The position numbers and the translations under genes are program-made. This document shows positions 7,456 to 14,265 of a stretch of DNA of 30,086 nt, in pieces. Source of the stretch: a virus (Duplodnaviria; Caudoviricetes); IMG/VR virus record IMGVR_UViG_3300045902_000811, positions 1 to 30,086 of that record. One strand, written 5' to 3'. How positions within the stretch are numbered: position 1 is the first letter of the stretch; each line of letters opens with the position of its first letter. The notes below the pieces were generated by a model. It saw only the letters and a program-made list of their open reading frames with translations. It was not told the DNA's origin and searched no databases.

Positions 7456-9194
7456 GGGATTTCCTCCTCCGCGGCGACCGCGTTGTAGCCGAACGGGAAG
7501 TCAATGGCGTCCGCAGGCACCTCTTGGGTGTCGAGCGGCGGCGGGATGGCGCCCAGCTCGTAGCCGATGATCCGGTCGAAGTCCTCTCCGGCGATGCTGC
7601 GGACGGTGATCTCGCGCGTCGTGGTCAGGCGTCCTGCCTGAGCCAGAGCAACCGCTTCTTCAGCCGTCTCCGGCACCGGCTCGTGCGAGCGCTGCTTCCA
7701 CCAGGCCACGGCCTTGGCGCGGGCGTAGCCCGTGTGCTCGAAGCAGACCCACTCCGACTTGTATTCATGCCAGCCGACCTTGTAATCGACTCGCATGGTC
7801 CTCGGGGCGTCGTCCGGTGCGTCACGCTTCTTGTGGACGCCGTAGTACACGTCCCGCACGGCGTACTTGGTGATCGTCACCTGCCCGGAGAGGATGCCGG
7901 CTTCGCTGGCCTTGGCGTCATGCTTGCCGCGCTCCGCTGGTGGGAACTCATAGCCGCAGTCCGGGCAGCGCGCATAGCCGGCGGAGATGACCGAGTGGCA
8001 CTCTGGACATTCCTTCGCCGGCGCCTGGCCGTTGCCTCCGGCGTCGCGCTCCTTGACCTTGATTCCGTCTACCGGGCCGTGCCGCAGCACGTTGCCGCCG
8101 AAATCGAGCACCAGGCAGTTCTGCTTGCCGGGGTGCAACCGGAAGCCCCTGCCGACCATCTGGTAGTACAGGCCCGGCGACAGCGTCGGTCGCAACAAGA
8201 CCACGCAATCAACATTCGGCGCGTCGAAGCCGGTGGTCAGCACGTTGACGTTGCACAGATACTTCAGCGGCTCGGCGGCGTTTGCGCCAAAGTCGATCTG
8301 AAGCTGGCGTGCCCACTCCTGCTGGCGAAATCTGGCAATCAGTCGGTCCCGTTCGCCATCAGCCGTATCGCCGCTGACGAAGCCGCACTCAATGCCATGC
8401 TGCTTCTTCAGCGCCCGCACGACGTGCTCGCCGTGCTTGATCCCCGACGCGAAGATCAAGACCGCCCGGCGGTCGCGCGTGTGCTCGACGATCTCGGCGC
8501 AGGCGGCCCGCACCAGCGCATCCTCGTCCATCAGGTCCTCGACCTCACCGGCGACGTACTCACCGCCGCGCACGTGCAGGCCGCTGGTGTCCGCCCGCGC
8601 CTTGCCGGCCTTGGTGACCAGCGGGCAGAGGTAGCCCTGGACGATCAGCTCGCGCACACCGACCTCGTAGCAGATCGCGTTGAGGAAGTGTTCCGGGCTG
8701 CAGATCAGGCCTGACTTCAGCCGGTACGGCGTGGCCGTCAGACCAATCACGCGCAGGTGCGGGTTGAGTGCCTTGGCCTCGGCCAGGAATTGGCGATACA
8801 TACCCTCGCCGTCCGGGGGAATGAGATGGGCCTCGTCTACCAACACCAGGTCGAACGCCCCCAACTCGCCGGCGCGCTGGTAGACCGACTGGATGCCGGC
8901 CAGGATGACGGCCCGGCCGGTGTCACGGCGCTTCAGGCCCGCCGAGTAGACGCCGAAGCGGACCTCGGAGCAGACCTGGCGCAGCTTGTCTGCCGCCTGC
9001 TCCAGCAGCTCCTTGACGTGGGCCAGGATCAGCACCCGGCCGTCCCAGCGCGTCACCGCGTCCTTGCAGATCGTCGCCATGATCGGCGTCTTGCCGCCCG
9101 CGGTGGGGATGACGACGACCGGGTTGTCGTCGTGCGAGCGCAGGTAGGCGTAGACGGCTTCGACGGCTTCACGTTGGTAAGGCCTGATCTGCAC
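7449..9194 (-). CDS. SF2 DEAD/DEAH helicase with Zn finger (RadD/YejH-like)
   Basis: RPYQ, PTAGGKT, DEAH, TATP, LTTGFD, QMVGRGFR, CPEC...CPDC. Confidence 0.92.
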   Translation of the reverse strand: MQIRPYQREAVEAVYAYLRSHDDNPVVVIPTAGGKTPIMATICKDAVTRWDGRVLILAHVKELLEQAADKLRQVCSEVRFGVYSAGLKRRDTGRAVILAGIQSVYQRAGELGAFDLVLVDEAHLIPPDGEGMYRQFLAEAKALNPHLRVIGLTATPYRLKSGLICSPEHFLNAICYEVGVRELIVQGYLCPLVTKAGKARADTSGLHVRGGEYVAGEVEDLMDEDALVRAACAEIVEHTRDRRAVLIFASGIKHGEHVVRALKKQHGIECGFVSGDTADGERDRLIARFRQQEWARQLQIDFGANAAEPLKYLCNVNVLTTGFDAPNVDCVVLLRPTLSPGLYYQMVGRGFRLHPGKQNCLVLDFGGNVLRHGPVDGIKVKERDAGGNGQAPAKECPECHSVISAGYARCPDCGYEFPPAERGKHDAKASEAGILSGQVTITKYAVRDVYYGVHKKRDAPDDAPRTMRVDYKVGWHEYKSEWVCFEHTGYARAKAVAWWKQRSHEPVPETAEEAVALAQAGRLTTTREITVRSIAGEDFDRIIGYELGAIPPPLDTQEVPADAIDFPFGYNAVAAEEEIPW

Positions 9195-9618
9195 CAGTGT
9201 CCCCCTCGATCTGCTCGATCACGCGACTGAGATACCGGCGTGCGCTCCTGAGGTCTTCCAGCCGGCCATCGCTGGTTCGCTCCTGAATGCGGACAATGAC
9301 TTTGCCGCCCTTGACCGGGTCGTGCTTGGAGATCTCCAGGCGGACTACCTGGCTGTCGTCGTGGAACACGCCAGCGTGCTGCAGCGCATCCGACAAGCAC
9401 TTGTGAAAATTGTCCGCATCGCGCTTGCGGCGATCGGGCGGGAACAGCTCCACGACCAGGTCCAGCGGCCCGCTCAACGGCTTGATCCCTTGCGTTGCCA
9501 GGAGTGCCACAACTGAGTCGCGGTAGGCGCGGCCGCGGCGGCTGATGAGCGTCACGTGGCCGAGATGCCGGTAGTAGTGGTTCAGGCTCGGCGGAAACGG
9601 CAGTTCCAAAGTCAGCAT
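9169..9618 (-). CDS. rusA: RusA family Holliday junction resolvase
   Basis: LPFPPSLNHYYR, PPDRRKRDADNFHK...DAL, DDSQV. Confidence 0.88.
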   Translation of the reverse strand: MLTLELPFPPSLNHYYRHLGHVTLISRRGRAYRDSVVALLATQGIKPLSGPLDLVVELFPPDRRKRDADNFHKCLSDALQHAGVFHDDSQVVRLEISKHDPVKGGKVIVRIQERTSDGRLEDLRSARRYLSRVIEQIEGDTGADQALPT

Positions 9619-9632
9619 GCTTGGTCCTGACG

Positions 9633-9742
9633 AAAAAGAAGCCTGACCTGTGCTCTGGTCGCATAGGCGCTACCAGACCATCGGCGGACCAAATCAGGTG
9701 CCTGCCGGGGGAGGCCCGTTCACCAGAAGTCACAGGCCAGGC
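9633..9742 (-). terminator. Long stem-loop with U tract between the RAMP gene and rusA (terminator/attenuator candidate)
   Basis: Minus strand GCCTGGCCTGTG...CACAGGTCAGGC 12-bp stem (one G-U) followed by TTCTTTTT. Confidence 0.5.
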
Positions 9743-9777
9743 GTGGGGTCAGCATCCTCTTCTCCGTTTGGCGACGC

Positions 9778-10350
9778 TCACTCTTCCTCGTTCCAGACCG
9801 TGACGACGAACTTGCCGAAGGGCCCCTTGCAGTCAGGCCGGAAATCGCCAAGGCCGACGCGCTTGCCGGCTGCGTCCACTAGTTCACGTACCAGCCGTGG
9901 GGCAATCAGGTCGGTGTCGATACGGAGCGTGAACGAAATACGCCAATCGTGGAAGCAGGGACGGTGACAGAGGATTCGCCCGCCGGTGCTGGGAATGCGC
10001 ACCGCCCGCGTGTCCACGGTCCAAGGCTCGCGGTAGTCGATGGGCAACTCGACGCCTTCGATCTCCACACAGGCCGGCACCAGTGAGCACTTCTGGGTGG
10101 TGACCTTGCTCTTGCCGTGCTTGAAGAACTTGCCGGCGTCGATCAGGCAGCGAAACAGGTTCGGCTGGGGAATCATCGGCTGGCCGTCGAGCCCCAGGTA
10201 GAGCTTGCTTCGCGCCTGCTCCAGCGGACTACCCTTGTCGCCGACCACGGCAAGCTTGTTACCGCTGGTCGCGGCGAGTTGGGCGGCGTCCGTAAAACGG
10301 TTGCAAAGCAGCGGCGTCGTGCCTTCGATGGTGACGTGGATCGTTTTCAT
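9778..10350 (-). CDS. Solo Cas7/Csm3-like RAMP-fold protein (190 aa)
   Basis: N-terminal strand V.IEGTTPLL, IPQPNLFRCL helix, RP.F.DW...F.L, C-terminal Gly-rich loop AGKRVGLGDFRPDCKGPFGKF; no other cas genes present. Confidence 0.78.
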   Translation of the reverse strand: MKTIHVTIEGTTPLLCNRFTDAAQLAATSGNKLAVVGDKGSPLEQARSKLYLGLDGQPMIPQPNLFRCLIDAGKFFKHGKSKVTTQKCSLVPACVEIEGVELPIDYREPWTVDTRAVRIPSTGGRILCHRPCFHDWRISFTLRIDTDLIAPRLVRELVDAAGKRVGLGDFRPDCKGPFGKFVVTVWNEEE

Positions 10351-10370
10351 GATGTTCCCAGGAATGAGAA

Positions 10371-10450
10371 ACCATGCCTTGGTATGCCGCGACTTGCGTT
10401 GCCGCGCGAAGCCCCGCCCGGCTACACCTCGCCTTGCTTGGCCAAGCCCA
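10371..10450 (-). repeat. Pentamer array A: 16 NN-GGY units directly upstream of the RAMP gene, candidate guide RNA
   Basis: Minus strand tgGGC ttGGC caAGC aaGGC gaGGT gtAGC cgGGC ggGGC ttCGC gcGGC aaCGC aaGTC gcGGC atACC aaGGC atGGT; 10 of 16 triplets are GGY; small 5' hairpin GACC-N6-GGTC at 10453-10466. Confidence 0.85.
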
Positions 10451-10479
10451 TCGACCGCGAAAGGTCCGAGTACCGGTGT

Positions 10480-10932
10480 TTACCGTTTCCACGGGGGCAG
10501 GTTCGTCGTCGCCTGCTGTGGTGGGCCGCCCAGCGATTCACGCTTGGAAAATCCTCTGATCTCGTTCTGCAGCTCCCCGGTGTCCTCGCGCTTCTTCAGC
10601 TTGACCGTGATCACCAGCGGCAGGTTGTGCAGCTCGCAGCTGTCCCTGGGCGTCAACACGCCGACCGCCCGGCAGATGGCCGACAGCTCGGCGCGGGCGA
10701 TCTTCACGGCCGTCTCGTTGGCGTTGTGCAGGCTGAGCCGCGCCCAGACGAAGCGGTTCCTGTACGGCCCCTCCAAGATCTGGAAGGTGAGCTGCAGGTA
10801 GCGGCCGTCGCCGCTCTTGGTCGGCTTCATCTCGCTGTCGGTGATCATCGCCAGGTACTTGCCGGCGGGGATCGGCTCCAGGTCGGTCGTCGGGTCCACT
10901 TCGTTGGCGTTGAAACCGTGCAGGTCAGCCAT
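10480..10932 (-). CDS. DUF669 family protein (putative phage ssDNA-binding protein)
   Basis: PIPAGKYLAMI, TKSGDGRYLQLTFQILEGPYRNR..W..L, NEIRGF, C-terminal PPW; follows an AAA_24 ATPase. Confidence 0.82.
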   Translation of the reverse strand: MADLHGFNANEVDPTTDLEPIPAGKYLAMITDSEMKPTKSGDGRYLQLTFQILEGPYRNRFVWARLSLHNANETAVKIARAELSAICRAVGVLTPRDSCELHNLPLVITVKLKKREDTGELQNEIRGFSKRESLGGPPQQATTNLPPWKR

Positions 10933-11698
10933 TGGTTGGTCCTCCGTTCGGGGTCACATGGGGTTGATGGAAGAAGGAAGCGTAAGCGTGCCAATCGAGT
11001 GGCAGCTCGTCGGGCAGGTTTAGGCGGTTCTTGGCGACGTGGGAGGGGCGCTCGCTGGTGTACAGGACGCGCTCGCCGGTGCCGATGCCCTTGCTCTTCT
11101 TGCGGCTAAAGCCCTCGTCGGTCTGCTTGGTGTAGACCTTGTAGGTGGCGAACAGCACCTCGTCGCACCACTCCTGGATGATCTGCGAGGCCAGCTTGTG
11201 CAGCCTGGGCACGTAGCGGTCGTAGCTGTCGGTCTCGGGGTTCTCGAAGCGCTCGATGCGCGAGTGAGCGATCAGGATGATGGTCATGCCGCGGTCGTTG
11301 CGCAGGGCGTCCAGGCCGGCGAGGAACTCGCGCCAGCTCGTCAGGGCAAAGGCGTAGCCCTTGCCGTAGCCGATGTCCTCGATGTTCTCGACGGAGCGCT
11401 GCCGGCAGACCTCGGCCCAGATGAGTCGCTCCAGCCAGTCGAGCGAATCGACGACCAGAGTACGGTAAGGGTGCTGGTCGGTGTAGAGGGCCTCCAGCGC
11501 CTTCAAAGCGTCCTGATACGAGAGCGTCAGTGGGAACTTGTCACACTCGATCTCGCCCAGGCCGTCCTCGGTCTGGACGAACACGGGTCGGTCGCTTGAG
11601 GCGCCGAAGGTCGATTTGCCGATGCCGTGGGTGCCGTAGAGTAGCAGGCGGCGTGGGGCGAATCGCTTGCCGCTCTGGACTTGTGCCAGGAGACTCAT
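10925..11698 (-). CDS. AAA_24 / Sak4-like phage ATPase
   Basis: LYGTHGIGKST, TLVVDSLDWLE, GYGKGY, IAHS, AKNR. Confidence 0.87.
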   Translation of the reverse strand: MSLLAQVQSGKRFAPRRLLLYGTHGIGKSTFGASSDRPVFVQTEDGLGEIECDKFPLTLSYQDALKALEALYTDQHPYRTLVVDSLDWLERLIWAEVCRQRSVENIEDIGYGKGYAFALTSWREFLAGLDALRNDRGMTIILIAHSRIERFENPETDSYDRYVPRLHKLASQIIQEWCDEVLFATYKVYTKQTDEGFSRKKSKGIGTGERVLYTSERPSHVAKNRLNLPDELPLDWHAYASFFHQPHVTPNGGPTNG

Positions 11699-11713
11699 GG
11701 TCGGTTCCTCGGG

Positions 11714-12565
11714 TCAAATGTGGTCGAAAACGCGCAGTTCCTCGTAGCCGGTGGGCCAGTGGTCCTGCTGCCGGCAGCGCACCAGGCTCTCCAGGGCGGC
11801 CTCGTTGTCCTGCTCCGCGACGGCCAGGACGCTGGGATCGATCCGCCACACACCGCAGCGAAATGGTTCGCGCTTCTCGACGGCGATCAGGTGGACCGGA
11901 AGCACGTCGCCGGTCTGGAGCGCCAGGAGGGCGCGGTAGAAGGCGAGCTGGTGCAGGTAGCCGAACGAGCGAGCGTCGGCCTCGAGGTACTTGAGGTGGT
12001 CGCAGGTCTTGAGATCGACCAGGCCCTTGTCGGGATTGAGCCAGTCAAGCCGCGCTTGGCAGGGGACGCCGCGATAGTCGCGGCGAATGACACCTTCCGG
12101 CACGCCCTCGGCGAGCAACTCGCCGGCAACGGGATGGCGCTGGACGGCGGCGGCCAGCTCTTCGACCAGGCCGGCCTGGCGGTCGGTCAGCACCGGCTTG
12201 GCCTGGCGCTCGGCCCACTCCTGGTAAGCCTTGGAGCGGCTGTCGAAGAGCTTGCCGGTCGCCGGGTTGGTCGGACCGCCGAAGGCGTACTGCCGCCGAT
12301 AGGCGGCCCGGCCTTCGAGGATGAGCGTGTGGGCGGCCCGGCCGACCTGGAAGGCGGGGCGGTCTTCCTCCACGACCAGGCCGAGTTGCCGCTTGCGGTA
12401 CAGGAGCGGGTTCTCGCGGAAGTCGGCCAGGCCGTGGCTGGTCAGGTGCTCCTTGGATTTCGCGTGGTACACTTCGGCCGGCTCGCGCAGCAGAAAGTCG
12501 AGACGGCCGAGGGCGGGCGCGCCGGAACTGCCGTTCCGACGCGCCCAGGGAGATGCAAGTGTCAT
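11714..12565 (-). CDS. PD-(D/E)xK exonuclease-like protein (DUF3799/RecE-like); alternative start 12580
   Basis: YHA, GRAAHTLILE, QARLDWL, DLKT, YLHQLAFY, AVEK.EPF, WPTGY. Confidence 0.85.
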   Translation of the reverse strand: MTLASPWARRNGSSGAPALGRLDFLLREPAEVYHAKSKEHLTSHGLADFRENPLLYRKRQLGLVVEEDRPAFQVGRAAHTLILEGRAAYRRQYAFGGPTNPATGKLFDSRSKAYQEWAERQAKPVLTDRQAGLVEELAAAVQRHPVAGELLAEGVPEGVIRRDYRGVPCQARLDWLNPDKGLVDLKTCDHLKYLEADARSFGYLHQLAFYRALLALQTGDVLPVHLIAVEKREPFRCGVWRIDPSVLAVAEQDNEAALESLVRCRQQDHWPTGYEELRVFDHI

Positions 12566-12591
12566 GGCGTCCCTCGGCATAGGAAATGGTC

Positions 12592-12634
12592 CCTCTATTT
12601 CCTAAAAGCCGCTTTGGCGCGGCCACTTGACGGA
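12592..12634 (-). promoter_or_regulatory. 43-bp element, copy 1 (candidate phage-sigma promoter for the replication genes)
   Basis: Minus strand TCCGTCAAGTGGCCGCGCCAAAGCGGCTTTTAGGAAATAGAGG; 41/43 identical to 14000-14042. Confidence 0.68.
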
Positions 12635-13210
12635 TCACCGGCCCAAATAATCCCGCAGCCCTGCGTCCTCGAAATGCTGCCGCAACCGGCGAATGGCGTC
12701 ATGCAGGGTGGTGCGGGGAACGCCGAGTTGGCGGGCTACCTCGGTGATGGAGTGGTGCTTCAGCCGCTCGCACAGGTCGCGCAGGTCGGGAGGTAGCTTG
12801 GCCAGGACGGCGGCCACATCATCGACCAGTTCCACCTCATCCAGGCGACTGCGTGAGGCAGTGTGCAGCCGGGTCTGCACGTGGTCCTCCGGGACGACTC
12901 GGGCCCGCTCCACGTATTCACCGTCCTCATCGAGAACTTTGTCGTGAAGCGAGCTGAGACGGCGGTGATCCCGTTTTTCCGCCTCGCGGCGACGGATGAG
13001 CGTCACCGCATGTTCGGCGATGACTTTGCGGAAGAAGCCCTCCGGGGCCTCGATGGGTTGCTGTTGCCGACGGAGACATTCCAGGAGGTGCAGGGCCATG
13101 TCTTGCTCCAGGTCGTCCCGATCCGAGGCGGTGAAGCCGTGCCGGCCGATCAGTCGCTTGACCCGCTCTCGGATGAGTTTCAAGGCGCGGTCATCGAACA
13201 GTTCTTGCAT
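12635..13210 (-). CDS. Sigma-70/ECF-like RNA polymerase sigma factor
   Basis: Region 2-like DRDDLEQD; region 4 KLPPDLRDL...SITEVARQLGVPRTTL HTH; GGAGGAG RBS. Confidence 0.8.
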   Translation of the reverse strand: MQELFDDRALKLIRERVKRLIGRHGFTASDRDDLEQDMALHLLECLRRQQQPIEAPEGFFRKVIAEHAVTLIRRREAEKRDHRRLSSLHDKVLDEDGEYVERARVVPEDHVQTRLHTASRSRLDEVELVDDVAAVLAKLPPDLRDLCERLKHHSITEVARQLGVPRTTLHDAIRRLRQHFEDAGLRDYLGR

Positions 13211-13216
13211 GAGAAT

Positions 13217-13346
13217 CTCCTCCGCCGGCCGCGGAGGAGGTCGCGTGGGTGAGCCATCGTCGGCGCAGACACAGCCCTGTCCGGGAAGTCAGTCGTGTGT
13301 GATGCCGAAACGGCGTCACCCACAACGACCTCCACGGCGTGGCCGG
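13217..13346 (-). promoter_or_regulatory. Structured 5' leader of the sigma gene with two mutually exclusive folds
   Basis: Long imperfect hairpin 13225-13346 versus perfect 9-bp RBS-masking hairpin 13217-13239. Confidence 0.6.
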
Positions 13347-13406
13347 TCTGCTGTCAGGTGGTGGAATCAGAAACCAGAAACGGAACGACGGATGGCGGAG
13401 TCGCGG

Positions 13407-13736
13407 TCAGGCCGCGGACTGCTCGACGACGATGCGGAACGGCAACCCGTGCTGCACCTCCAGGCGTTCGATGACGCCGTCGCCGAGCACGTCGAGCCAG
13501 GCGAAGAACTCGACGAGCTGGGCCTTGAGCACGAAGTCGCGGAGGGCGGCCTCGGGACGCGGCCCGTTCTGCGTGCCGAACTTGATCTCGCGGACGATGC
13601 GGGGCGGTGGGTCGAAGACCGGCTGGCTGCCCTGGACCTCCAGCCGCTCGATGCGGCCGAAGTTGAGGTCTTGCATCAGCTCGACGAGGCGCCGCCGCGC
13701 CGGGGACAGGGAGGACTTGCTGGACTGAACCTGCAT
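13407..13736 (-). CDS. Phage hypothetical protein with internal duplication
   Basis: GGAGG RBS before ATG 13736; repeated motif GRIERLEVQGSQPVF / GVIERLEVQHGLPF. Confidence 0.75.
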   Translation of the reverse strand: MQVQSSKSSLSPARRRLVELMQDLNFGRIERLEVQGSQPVFDPPPRIVREIKFGTQNGPRPEAALRDFVLKAQLVEFFAWLDVLGDGVIERLEVQHGLPFRIVVEQSAA

Positions 13737-13821
13737 AGCGAACCTCCAGGTTGCTTGCCGGGGCCGGCGGCCGCAGTTCACGATGGCTGCTGGCCACTCG
13801 CCGGCCCGTCACCCCCGACTG

Positions 13822-13953
13822 GCGAAAATTCGCTGAGAGGGCGATTTTTCGCGGGGCCGGCCAAGGAGCCAACGCTATAAGCCATTGCCTTCCAAGAGGT
13901 TCTGGACTTCAGCTTTTTTCGGATTTTTTCCCAAAGGCCCAGCGAAAATTCGC
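13822..13953. promoter_or_regulatory. Three GCGA-N4-TCGC palindromes (operator candidates) in the divergent control region
   Basis: GCGAAAATTCGC at 13822 and 13942; GCGATTTTTCGC at 13841. Confidence 0.5.
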
Positions 13954-13999
13954 AGCGAGCCCGCCGGGAGGAACTTCTCGACGAGTTTTTTCCTTCCAG

Positions 14000-14042
14000 T
14001 CCGTCAAGTCGCCGCGCCAGAGCGGCTTTTAGGAAATAGAGG
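14000..14042 (+). promoter_or_regulatory. 43-bp element, copy 2 (candidate late promoter)
   Basis: TCCGTCAAGTCGCCGCGCCAGAGCGGCTTTTAGGAAATAGAGG, 23 bp before the first virion gene. Confidence 0.68.
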
Positions 14043-14065
14043 AACATCGTTTTGAGGAGCGCTTC

Positions 14066-14263
14066 ATGGCCGACGACCTCGAAGACGAAATCCGCAAGAA
14101 CGCCGAGGGGCCGGCGAAGGCTTCCGGCGACGCGGGCAGCGTCGAGCAGCACCCGCTGCCCGACCAGATCGAGGCCGATCGCTACCTGGCATCGAAAGAG
14201 GCGGTCAAGTCGAAAAAGCGCGGCCTGCGCTTCAACAAGCTCGTCCCACCCGGAACGGAGTAG
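14066..14263 (+). CDS. Small head-completion protein (gpW-like by position)
   Basis: 65 aa, GAGGAG RBS, immediately upstream of a lambda-type portal. Confidence 0.6.
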   Translation: MADDLEDEIRKNAEGPAKASGDAGSVEQHPLPDQIEADRYLASKEAVKSKKRGLRFNKLVPPGTE

Positions 14264-14265
14264 GC

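Noticed and set aside
9620-10479. Canonical CRISPR array or cas operon around the Cas7-like gene
   Set aside because: No 25-40 bp repeats with unique spacers and no other cas genes; only 5-nt-period tracts are present
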